Shown: piece after piece, positions 32,459-41,790 of the stretch
How positions within the stretch are numbered: position 1 is the stretch's first letter
How the letters are laid out: each line of letters starts with the position of its first letter
NCBI GenBank assembly: GCA_963663035.1
Contig: OY760074.1
Span: 864,001-928,000, forward strand
Direction: 5' to 3'
DNA: 64,000 nucleotides
Origin: Acidobacteriota bacterium
GTDB lineage: Bacteria > Acidobacteriota > UBA6911 > RPQK01 > JADFOI01
The notes under the pieces: generated by a model
Databases searched by the model: none
What the model saw: the letters and a program-made list of their open reading frames with translations, nothing else
What the model was told of the DNA's origin: nothing
Program-made: the position numbers and the translations under genes

Positions 32459-32674
32459 TCAGCCACGCGGTCGATAGTTTTGCTGTTCGATCCACTCAAG
32501 AATTTGTTCTTTTACGAAGCGGACGTTGGATTGGATTTTGACGTATGGAATAAGTCCGCGCTGTACATAGCTATATATCGTCTTCACATCAATTTTCAGG
32601 AGCGCTTCGAGTTCCTTTGCGGTCAGTAATTCCGGCACAACCACAGATCCCTGATTTACCTTAGACGTAAACAT
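32459..32674 (-). CDS. Excisionase-like helix-turn-helix protein
   Basis: LLTAKEL..LLKI..KTIYSYVQRGLIPYVKI..NVRF..EQI.EW. Confidence 0.85.
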   Translation of the reverse strand: MFTSKVNQGSVVVPELLTAKELEALLKIDVKTIYSYVQRGLIPYVKIQSNVRFVKEQILEWIEQQNYRPRG

Positions 32675-33279
32675 CACCACCAAAACACTCTCAGAATCAC
32701 AGCCCCACAGAGAAGCCCCATTTCAAATTCTTTAAGGCAGCCAAAAATTGTTCTTCTGACAAGTAGTCGCTTTTGGTGGGATTTGGTAACAGAAAAAGTG
32801 AAGGCACAGTCTATGGTGCGCCCTCCGCGGTCTGCCCTCCCCAGCGCTTCAGCCCCGGCTGGTGCCGGGTCTTTTCGCGGCATCGGGCCAGCCCACTCCG
32901 GGCGGCATAGATTGAGTTCGCTCCGGTTCGTCGCAATCGCTCCCGCCAGTCGCCTCCGGGGCCCGCCCAGTTGCGCCTCACACTCCGCGATCGCTGGCGG
33001 TGGCAAATGGCTCCGCAGCAAAAGGTCGCGCCAGGGTATCCGCCCTGTCACGCCTTTTGCATATGCTTCGCCATTTCTTATGAGTTTTTGGCGTTTTTCC
33101 CCTGCGGCCTCCAGCGGGCTTTCAGAAGGCCCCAGTGAAAAAACCTTAAGGGACGGGGCACCGTTGTTTCATCGTTTTTCATGCAATACGCCTTGTGCAA
33201 TCGTTTTTCATGGATTATGATGGTTTTTCACCGGCTGGTGGAGTAGGTAAGTGTATTTCACGGAAGGTCACTGTTTTTC

Positions 33280-34830
33280 ATGGAATCATCTGCGAAAAAT
33301 TATTTTTCAGGGTCTGTCACCGTTTTTCATGAAAGACGGCTGCCGGTCAAGGCAACCCCGGCCGGTTATGCTGCCCTGATCGAAGCCTATGGTCTTGCCG
33401 TGCCTTTGCCGCGGACCCTATCGGCCACAGGCCAACACCATAAGGTCATCGAGGAGGCGGGGTGGCGGATCACGACGCCGCGCCATGCCCCCAACGCCAG
33501 CCTTGAGGGTCATTTGACCTTCGCACTCAAGTATGAAGGGCTCGATCTCGCCGTCCTCAAGCGGCTTTTTGAGGCCGTGAGTCCCGGCGACATTGAAGCG
33601 CTTGTCCGCGCTAAGCCGACCGGAAGCTATGCGAGGCGGTGCTGGTTCCTTTACGAGTGGCTCACCGGAACGCCGCTCGATCTGGCTGACGCAGACAGGG
33701 GCAGTTACGTGCCCGCCGTCGATCCGGATCAGCAATATGCTGTTCCCGGAGAAAACTCACCACGGCATCGTGTGAGGAACAACCTTCCCGGGACGGCCGC
33801 CTTCTGCCCGCTTGTCTTTCGGACGGAGAGGCTTGAGCGGTTCGCCGCAATTAACCTACCCGAACGGGCCCGGGCGGTTATCGACGATGTGCCCCGCGAC
33901 CTTGTGGCACGAACGGCCGCTTTCCTGCTCCTGAAAGACTCCCGGTCGAGCTATGCCATTGAAGGGGAGCATCCTTCGCAGGATCGTATCCAGCGATGGG
34001 GCCGCGTGATTGGCGGAGCCGGCGCCCAGCCGCTTGACCTCGAAGAGCTGTTGCGGCTCCAGAAGATCGTCATTGGCGATGCACGTTTTGTGCGCCTAGG
34101 CCTTCGAGAGGAAAGCTGCTTTGTCGGCCAACATGATCGCGAAACGCGTGCGCCCCTGCCGGATCACATCAGCGCGCGTCCCGAGGATCTCCCCTCCCTG
34201 ATGGAAGGCATGATTGCGTTTGACTGTGGGCCCGCGCACAACCTTGACGCAGTTATCGCCGCGGCAACGCTGGCTTTCGGCTTTGTCTACGTGCATCCGT
34301 TTGGGGATGGGAATGGCCGCATTCACCGTTATCTCATCCACCATGTCCTGGCCGAGCGTGGATTCAATCCGCCCGGTGTCGTGTTTCCTGTCTCGGCCGT
34401 CATTTTGGACCGGATCGACGAGTATCGCCAGGTTCTGGAGGACTATTCTGCGCGTCTTCTGCCGCTTGTCGAATGGCAGCCGACCGAGGACGGCAATGTG
34501 CGGGTATTGAATGATACCGGCGACTATTACTGCTTCTTTGATGCGACACCGCACACCGAGTTTCTGTATGAATGCGTGCGCCGGACGATCGAACAGGATT
34601 TGCCGTATGAGACAGAATTTCTGCGGCGGTATGACCGGTTTAAAAGCCGCGTTGATTCCATGATCGATATGCCGGACCGGACGATCGACCTATTGTTTCG
34701 CTTCCTTCACCAGAATCAGGGGCGTCTGTCAAAGCGGGTTCGTGAAAAGGAGTTTGCCGCGTTAACGGAGCAGGAAACGGAGCAGGTTGAAGAAATGTAC
34801 GGACAGATTTTCCTCGAAGATCCCTTTTAA
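33280..34830 (+). CDS. Fic-family protein
   Basis: Complete HPFGDGNGRIHR motif; SYAIEG inhibitory-type motif upstream. Confidence 0.92.
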   Translation: MESSAKNYFSGSVTVFHERRLPVKATPAGYAALIEAYGLAVPLPRTLSATGQHHKVIEEAGWRITTPRHAPNASLEGHLTFALKYEGLDLAVLKRLFEAVSPGDIEALVRAKPTGSYARRCWFLYEWLTGTPLDLADADRGSYVPAVDPDQQYAVPGENSPRHRVRNNLPGTAAFCPLVFRTERLERFAAINLPERARAVIDDVPRDLVARTAAFLLLKDSRSSYAIEGEHPSQDRIQRWGRVIGGAGAQPLDLEELLRLQKIVIGDARFVRLGLREESCFVGQHDRETRAPLPDHISARPEDLPSLMEGMIAFDCGPAHNLDAVIAAATLAFGFVYVHPFGDGNGRIHRYLIHHVLAERGFNPPGVVFPVSAVILDRIDEYRQVLEDYSARLLPLVEWQPTEDGNVRVLNDTGDYYCFFDATPHTEFLYECVRRTIEQDLPYETEFLRRYDRFKSRVDSMIDMPDRTIDLLFRFLHQNQGRLSKRVREKEFAALTEQETEQVEEMYGQIFLEDPF

Positions 34831-35153
34831 ACGACTGACGAGTCGCATAACGCCGATAGTGGAAGCGTCGAGGAGTAGCCATGACGACCCACCTCTCGGC
34901 AAGACTGAGCTGGCACTAGGATGAGTGGGGCGGCCTCCGCTGTGGGCTGCCCTCGCTCCGTAGGTGCTCGCCCCAGTCCAACCCTCCTATACGGGATCGC
35001 CCCCCTCAGGGCCGTGTTGCGAAGTCTCTTATCAAGATGTCGCAGCCATCGGTCGTTGATTCTGGCAGCGACTCAACAATCCATTCCGCCGGATTTACAA
35101 GGAATACCAGCAACGGCATTATCAAATTACGAAAAAGGTAAATAGGCACAGAC

Positions 35154-35867
35154 ATGGATTTTGATGGTGTCATTGCAAGGCTAAACGATTTGATTCGCGT
35201 AAAACAGCCCGAATCATTTAATAGTTCCTGGATCTTGCGGCATGCTCCAGAATGCTATCGATATATCCAAAGAAACATTAGATTGGAAGTAGGTGGTATT
35301 GATTGGGACCGAATCACCTGTGCCTTGGAACGGAAGTCTCAAAGGCGGTGGACCCCCGTACATTGGAGAAAGAAGAAAACACTCTACGAAAACCAAAGTG
35401 AGGTGGATGTGGTGTTGAACAATTATCGCGATAAGCTCTTCGTATTTATTGCTCCACAGAATCAAGACGATAGGCGGATGCGAGATGTCATTGCCATATC
35501 TTTGGTGCGCCTTTCGCAAAATGGCAATACGCTGGCAAAACAGGAACTGTTAGAACTACTCCTTTTCTCCGTTGAAGAATGGGTAGCAAATTACACATGG
35601 CTATCCCGTTGGTCAGGATACGATGAAAAGATCAAAGAACTGCTAGAGGGGTGTATCCGCCGCTACCGATATACCGGATCATTTCTGCGTTATGTATATA
35701 AAACACTTGAATATGCCGGCAGGGGCATTCGGCCACTTTACGCATTCTCATTGAACGAGCCGGTCTTCGAAAAGGGTGCGTCGAGAATAGATAGTTTTGG
35801 ATGCGATCCTGCAATTGGCGAGATCTGCAGTTATGCGAGAGGCGTTGCAAGAAGAATAGCAACATGA
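35154..35867 (+). CDS. Hypothetical protein, C-terminus reminiscent of sigma-70 region 2
   Basis: 237-aa ORF in AT-richer DNA; similarity is by eye only. Confidence 0.6.
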   Translation: MDFDGVIARLNDLIRVKQPESFNSSWILRHAPECYRYIQRNIRLEVGGIDWDRITCALERKSQRRWTPVHWRKKKTLYENQSEVDVVLNNYRDKLFVFIAPQNQDDRRMRDVIAISLVRLSQNGNTLAKQELLELLLFSVEEWVANYTWLSRWSGYDEKIKELLEGCIRRYRYTGSFLRYVYKTLEYAGRGIRPLYAFSLNEPVFEKGASRIDSFGCDPAIGEICSYARGVARRIAT

Positions 35868-36212
35868 ACGACAAAAAAGCCCTGAGCCTCAAATCGTGAC
35901 TGGACACGATTAGCGGCAACCTGCACCTATATGGCGGTCGGTGCTAGGAATCGAGGAGATATATCGTCCTGGCCAGAGAGAGTTGCTTCCCTGGCCTCGA
36001 ATGCTTTCATGAATATTTAGATAGGTATTTCACCAGGGAACAAATGCGGAAGACTTCAGGGGGTTGCCGATCAGTTTCCGGTAAGGGCGTTATACGGCCA
36101 AGTGGGCGGGTATGACAGCATCGGCATACATGGGCTGACTAAGACGGGGTAATCAGCGTTGCACAAACTGAAGAGAACGTCAGATTCGTTAATACAATTC
36201 GCGAAGATGGGT

Positions 36213-37592
36213 GAGGTTCCGTCAATAAGTGTGTAAATAGACATCAGGCGGCTTTCTCCTGGGTGACTGGGTTGACTGGAACTCCATTGACATATTGGGC
36301 TCCTTGGTAGACATCCTTCATCAAGTGGGGAGCCTTCAAACGGCGAAATCTCTTCTCAGCGACCAGCAGCATCTTCCAGATGACAGCCCGTGCGTTGGCC
36401 ACTTTCTTGAACCTTCGAGCAGCATCGGTTCGCAGTCGCAGAGCAGAGAAGGGAGACTCCACTGGGTTGGTAGTCCGCAGATGTTGCCACTGCTGTTTGG
36501 GATAGTTGTAAAACGTCACCATCCGCTCCCAGTCCTGGTCGATCAGATCAGCCGCTGCCTCCAGGCCTCTCTTGCTACACCAATGTTGGAATCGTCCTTT
36601 GACTCGCTCGGCTTCCTGCCGTGTTTCTGCATAAGGGATCTGCCGCAACATCAACAAGGCCGCTTTGTGCCGACTCTTGGGGATCTTGGCCAGCAAGTTG
36701 ACGATGCGATGATTCCAGCATCTCTGCTCGTCGGCTTCTGGGAACACGTTGCGCAACGCTCCCCAGATCCCCAGATGCCCGTCAGCGATCACCAGACGGG
36801 GTGGGTTCATCCCCCGCTCTTTGAGATCCCGCAGCACTTCGGACCAGCTCTGGGTCGATTCTCGATAACCACTACTGACGGACACCACCACTTTAGTGCC
36901 ATCACTTAAAGCGGCGATCACTACCAGAATCACGGCCTTCTCCTTCTCCAGCCCTGCTTTGATGTACACGCCGTCCGCCCACAAATACACGACTTCCAGA
37001 TCATCCAGCCGACGGCTCTGCCAGGCCTCCATTTCTCCCTGCCACTTCTGTTTCAACCGGGCTACGGTGCTGGGGGACAGCGGCGCTTCTTCCCCTAAAA
37101 GCCCTCTCAAGGCCAGATCGAAATCCCCCTCGGCCAGACCATGTAAATAGAGTTCTGGAATCAAGTCTCGTACCTCTCGCGTTCGCTTGGCAAACAGCGG
37201 CAAGACCCGGCTCTCAAAACGCTCTTCCAGATCCCGCACTCGGGGACGCCGCAGCTTGATCGTTCCGCAACTCATCGTCAGTCGCCGCTCCTTGCCGTAG
37301 CCGTTGCGATAGCCACCGGAGGCGTCCACTTCTCGGCGACGCTCATTCTTTCTTCGTCCCAGCAGCTGTGTCACTTCATCCTCCAGCAGTTCCTGTACGT
37401 AAAACTGGATCTGCTCTCGCACCCACTCTTCCAGCTGTTCAAAGCAGACTCTTGACTCCACACTGTGATCAATGTTCTTCTTGCTCATGGCGGTGTGACT
37501 CCTTCCTTTCGGGCTCTTCCGCCCGGGTTTTTATTTTCACCCGGAAGGATAATCACCGCCTGTGCTATTTACACACCTTTTGAGGGTAGCTC
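36213..37592 (-). mobile_element. IS256-family insertion sequence
   Basis: 28-bp imperfect TIRs GAGGTTCCGTCAATAAGTGTGTAAATAG / CTATTTACACACCTTTTGAGGGTAGCTC flanking transposase. Confidence 0.9.
36244..37488 (-). CDS. IS256-family transposase
   Basis: YRNGY, RPRVRD, W.DG, IADG, QRCW.H, RTTNPVES. Confidence 0.93.
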   Translation of the reverse strand: MSKKNIDHSVESRVCFEQLEEWVREQIQFYVQELLEDEVTQLLGRRKNERRREVDASGGYRNGYGKERRLTMSCGTIKLRRPRVRDLEERFESRVLPLFAKRTREVRDLIPELYLHGLAEGDFDLALRGLLGEEAPLSPSTVARLKQKWQGEMEAWQSRRLDDLEVVYLWADGVYIKAGLEKEKAVILVVIAALSDGTKVVVSVSSGYRESTQSWSEVLRDLKERGMNPPRLVIADGHLGIWGALRNVFPEADEQRCWNHRIVNLLAKIPKSRHKAALLMLRQIPYAETRQEAERVKGRFQHWCSKRGLEAAADLIDQDWERMVTFYNYPKQQWQHLRTTNPVESPFSALRLRTDAARRFKKVANARAVIWKMLLVAEKRFRRLKAPHLMKDVYQGAQYVNGVPVNPVTQEKAA

Positions 37593-37639
37593 GGCAACTT
37601 GGGTGAATCACCCCACTGTTATGGCATTGGCAACGAAAG

Positions 37640-38266
37640 CTACTTGAACCTCTTCCTGAACGCTGCTCCACCAAAGAGGCCAGCAGCCAAGAGGGTGAGG
37701 GTGGAGGGTTCGGGGACGGACGGAGTCCCGAGGTAGCCGTCAGGCGTGGCGATATAGTCCGTAAAGGGGCCATTAGGATCAGGCATGCCACCAAAGCCGA
37801 TGTTGTAGGCGTAGAGTGTGTCACCGTCGGTCATATAGAAACTTCCCCAAACCGGAGCCTGATCGGTTTCAAACTCAAACTCAATTTCGTCATCGTCGTA
37901 CTCCACCTCAACTGAGCTCCAATCCTCACTCGCCAACTGCAAGATCCATTGGCTCAAAGCGTCGACAATGCTACCATCGTCCGAACCTTCGAATTCGAAT
38001 TCGTATTCGTATTCGTAGACTCCGTCCTCGTACTCTATTTCCCAACTCACCTCGAATCCACCGTTAGCCCAGTCTCCAGTCGCGGTGATGCCTCCGTTCA
38101 GACCAGAACTTCTCGACCCATCAAAGTGGCTAGGGTCAACGTAAACGGAATCAGCATAGACTGAAGACAGGGCCAGAAGCACGACGGTCACTGCGATCAA
38201 ACAGCAGTTTAAGTTTGACTTGCCCACTGGTAGGGTGTCTCTTGCTTTGGTAGTCATTGTTGGCAT
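37640..38266 (-). CDS. PEP-CTERM sorting domain protein, highly acidic
   Basis: Signal peptide; VPEPSTL-TM-RKRFK tail; AAGGAG RBS supports 38266 start. Confidence 0.88.
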   Translation of the reverse strand: MPTMTTKARDTLPVGKSNLNCCLIAVTVVLLALSSVYADSVYVDPSHFDGSRSSGLNGGITATGDWANGGFEVSWEIEYEDGVYEYEYEFEFEGSDDGSIVDALSQWILQLASEDWSSVEVEYDDDEIEFEFETDQAPVWGSFYMTDGDTLYAYNIGFGGMPDPNGPFTDYIATPDGYLGTPSVPEPSTLTLLAAGLFGGAAFRKRFK

Positions 38267-38314
38267 CAACATTCTCCTTAGGATGTACTTCAATCTACTC
38301 TAACAACAAACAAC

Positions 38315-38331
38315 AGCAATTCCTGTGCCAA
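38315..38331 (-). promoter_or_regulatory. Sigma54 -24/-12 promoter
   Basis: TTGGCAC-AGGAA-TTGCT on minus strand upstream of PEP-CTERM gene. Confidence 0.8.
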
Positions 38332-38535
38332 AACGATGCTAGCGTTTATTGACAAGAGATACCGGCGAAGGAATGAACGCCGGGTGCTCACAAAGACTCA
38401 AAAACTGCAAGTCGATACACAAAAGGGCCGCTATAAGGCAGCCTTGGGTTGTTCAGCCTGAAATAGAGGGTTTATCTCAGTCTTCTTTCTCACTCTTGCT
38501 GCTCCCGCCAAGAGGCCAGCAGGCCTGCCTGCACT

Positions 38536-39324
38536 TCAAAGAGGAGAACGTTTCCAGAACCGCTGTTGCAACAGTGACAGGGCAGCATGAATTGCGCACT
38601 TTGACTTAGCAAGAGCATTGAGTCCAAGGCATCGAGCTACGAAAAAAAAGCTTACTGGCTTAGGTACCAAGCGAACATGGCATCGAGCTACGAAAAAAAA
38701 GCTTACTGGCTTAGGTACCAAGCGAACATGGCCCTGTCTTATGGCATTCAGTACCGAACCTGTATTCTTATCAGCATAGACCAGACTGTATGTCCGGCTA
38801 AGCTGAAAGATCCAGTGGACGTCGGAGTTGCCAACCAAAGGTAAGTTCAGCTGTTGAGCAAGTTCTTGTGCCCGCTGATTGAAATTGAACCATGAAAGAT
38901 AAAACTGGTTGTATTCGATGGCATCAAACAGGTCGTGCCAACGTGAGACCAGTTTTCCCAAGGAAGCTTGAATCGGAAAAAACGGATGAGGGGCAATAAC
39001 AAGCTGGCCCGGTCCTTTGTGTTTGATCGCAATCTCAGGGCTGCTCCAGGAACTGTCATAGTCTAAAAAGTTATAAAGAAGAACATGTTTTCCCTCCAGG
39101 GTGGCTTCTACCCCTGGTATCAACAGAATGCCCCTCTCCCTGGCATATTCCTCCAGAGAAGAAGTAAATAAGAGCTGATTGTGATTTGTGATCGACAGAA
39201 CTTGAAATCCCTGCTCTTCTGCCTTGTCAATCAACTGCTGGGCAGAATGGAAAACGATGCGCTTTCCGTCCTTAGGGTCGTCAATGGTGTGCGTATGGAG
39301 TTCTGTTTTGAGCCAACTCTTCAT
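38536..39324 (-). CDS. PHP-domain phosphoesterase
   Basis: ELHTHT, ITNHN, PGVE, H, PHPF, NSDVH. Confidence 0.85.
   Translation of the reverse strand: MKSWLKTELHTHTIDDPKDGKRIVFHSAQQLIDKAEEQGFQVLSITNHNQLLFTSSLEEYARERGILLIPGVEATLEGKHVLLYNFLDYDSSWSSPEIAIKHKGPGQLVIAPHPFFPIQASLGKLVSRWHDLFDAIEYNQFYLSWFNFNQRAQELAQQLNLPLVGNSDVHWIFQLSRTYSLVYADKNTGSVLNAIRQGHVRLVPKPVSFFFVARCHVRLVPKPVSFFFVARCLGLNALAKSKCAIHAALSLLQQRFWKRSPL
38628..38732. repeat. Perfect 51-bp tandem duplication within PHP gene
   Basis: Two identical copies (HVRLVPKPVSFFFVARC twice). Confidence 0.92.
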
Positions 39325-39543
39325 CGAGACTCCACAATTTTCAAGCTACCAACATCAATAACTACGCCAAATTCTACCCGCGAAACATCTCGTATTAAGT
39401 GACAGTGGCCACAGGTGGTACCAGCAATTTCTATTCCACTTGGGCTAGAACAAGACAAACCAGGTGAAATGAGGCCGTTGAAATGATCAGCCTGTATAGC
39501 GGAAGTCACGGAAGCTGCACGTGATTACACTACTACTGTATTT

Positions 39544-39618
39544 TCAGAGCTCCAAAGTCATCCGTAGCAGCAGATCGGTGAAGCGAGGGTCGTCGCAAAG
39601 GGGGTCCCAGTATGGCGC
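39544..39618 (-). pseudogene. Remnant C-terminus of a TPR/kinase-type protein
   Basis: Translates APYWDPLCDDPRFTDLLLRMTLEL*, resembling the DPLRxDPRFxxLLxRMxL tail; no long upstream ORF. Confidence 0.5.
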
Positions 39619-40192
39619 CGAGCCGCCGTCAGAAGATCAACGATTCCTTCAGTGGCCCAGCCGACTACGGAACGATTCGGTGAACTTGCCATCCGGCTTT
39701 ACGAGCAAGAGCCGCGAGAACCGTTCGAGTCCTCCAGGCGTCAGTGGCGGAGATAGATCAAAGGTAAGTTGATCTTGATCCGTACCTCTTTTCAACTCCG
39801 CATAAAAGAGGGTTAGGCCCGTTGGGTGACAGCGATCACAGGCTTTCGTGATGTTGTTGGTCAAACTTTTCTTGACATTCCGTCTTAGGGGTGCCCGGGC
39901 AAAGCCTGGCTCAGCCTCGCGAGATGGAAGGGAATGGAGACATGGAACTGATATGAGTGGTGAGAGAAGTCTGCAGAAGCTGATCGTCCGGACTCGCAGC
40001 GGAGAAGTCAGCCCAGGTTTTGCCCAACAAAAGAGGATAGACAACAAAGTCGACAATAAAGTCAGGATTATCACAAGGAAGGAAAGAGGACAGGGCTTCG
40101 ATCGGAACGTTTTAGGGCATCAATGCATTTCTCATTCTCGCTCGCCGTATCTCTGCATCTTAGTGAACTGAATTCGCACGGAGGTTTTAGTC

Positions 40193-41331
40193 ATGAAAAT
40201 CAGCAAGATGTTGCTGTTTTGTTTGGTTGTCCTGTTCCTTGACGTGGACGCCTCACAGGCTCAAGTGTTGCTGAAATCAGAGTTCTTCTTCCCTCAGATT
40301 GTCGACGGAAAGATCGACAAGGACGATGAGTGGAGGACCATTATCCTTCTAAGTAATCCTAGCGTCACGCCTCCTGAGACAGCGACAGTTACGCTCACCA
40401 TCTTCGGGCAGGATGGAAGCGCCGTAACTGCAGACGAAATGGAGTTTCGCTGTCTAGAGGTAGATTTAGGTCCCTGCACATCCATAGGGCTGCTGATCGG
40501 GCCCGAATCGCTGATCGACATTCCCATACCGGCTGGAGGACTGTTTCAGGTCATGACCTCTCGCGTGTACGAGAACAGTATCCATATCGGCGACGATGAC
40601 GACGATGACGACGATGACGATGACGATGACGACGACGATGACGATGATGATGACGATGGCGATGACGATGGCGATGATGACGGAGGCGGAGGAGACTTCG
40701 ATGTTAGGTTTCACGTGGTGACGGCCCTTTTCTGGGCTACGCAGCGGCAACAGTCACTGCAGGTCCTGACATTTCCGGCATGGCCGTTTTTGGGGTGTAT
40801 GAGAGTGAGGAGCAAAATGGCAACTTGGAAGTTGAGCTCAAGAGTCAAGCCACTGTGGAGTCTACGGGCAAATTTACGAAGGCTGCTGTCACCGATTTTC
40901 GAAAAAATGAACTGGAGGGAGAGACAGAAGCTGGAGTCAAATTCGCGTTTGAAAGCGAAACAGCGACCGGGCTGGCTGTGGTCAATCTGTCAACCATGTT
41001 TAGGACAACTATTACCCTAACGGAACTCGATGCTACTGGAGCGACCGTAGGGATGAGGGGCACAATCTGTGACGACTTCGACACCCTGACAAAGGAATGC
41101 TTTTTTTTACTTGAAGCCGGGGAGCATCGTGCCTTCTTTCTCTCGGAAGCCATCATCGTCCCGGAGGACATGGTGGTTGGGACGGTTCTTTTAGAAAGCA
41201 CTTCAATTCTCAAGGGAACCTTTGGTACTGACATCACCGCAATCGCCGTGAAGTTCGACAGCAACTCCCACCACGATAAGGAAAGGAGATACGAATTTAC
41301 GGTGTCTCCGGTGACTCAACTTGCTCCTTAA
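40193..41331 (+). pseudogene. Secreted protein with poly-Asp insert, split by a frameshift near 40710
   Basis: Signal peptide, FFPQIVDG..WRT.I.LSN domain; second frame continues GDGPFLGYA..TGLAVVN..L.AGEHRAFF. Confidence 0.65.
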
Positions 41332-41790
41332 GAGCTCTGGTCCAGTCACCACCATCTCGCTTTAATAGACAAAAACCCACTTGAGTCGGAGTCATGATCC
41401 AGATCGGTCCGCAAGTGGGGACCGATGCAGCCGAATAGATTTAACTCTTTCCAATCCAAAATCTCTTGAGAAATTTTCAAGTTAGAGGTGAGCTTTTGTC
41501 AGTTTTCCGGAGCGTGCCGAGGACTTTCGGTAACGAATGGACTGATCCGCCTTACTGGCCCTGAGGAGCAGAACGACTAAAACGCCCATCCCTGACAGAA
41601 TTCTTCGATGAGAGAGGGACATATTCCTCCCATATTTCATTCAACTACTTGATTCCTAAGCTTTTACACCGCAAATCATCATTGTGTAATATTGTGCAAT
41701 GTTTGTGTAACTAATTGCAACTAAAGGAGTTATAGCAGGAAAATTGGATTCTTGTTGTTCTGTTAGGTAGAATCCTAAACGAGGTCTAAG

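Larger units (their letters stand above)
31236..36212. mobile_element. Integrative element (int, xis, fic, hypothetical); right end uncertain
   Basis: Starts at tRNA junction; arm-like direct repeats ATGCTGTC x2 before int; compositional shifts. Confidence 0.7.

Noticed and set aside
32674-33220. Overlapping 125-aa and 145-aa ORFs
   Set aside because: Low-complexity Arg/Pro/Ala translation of a GC-rich hairpin tract, no recognisable motifs
36101-36121. Possible right end of the element (GTGGGCGGG and GACAGCAT, inverse of left-end motifs)
   Set aside because: Matches are short, in an unexpected order, and not followed by tRNA sequence; may be chance
39897-39960. c-di-GMP-I riboswitch suggested by GGGCAAA
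   Set aside because: Lacks the GAAA tetraloop stem and GCAAA junction consensus
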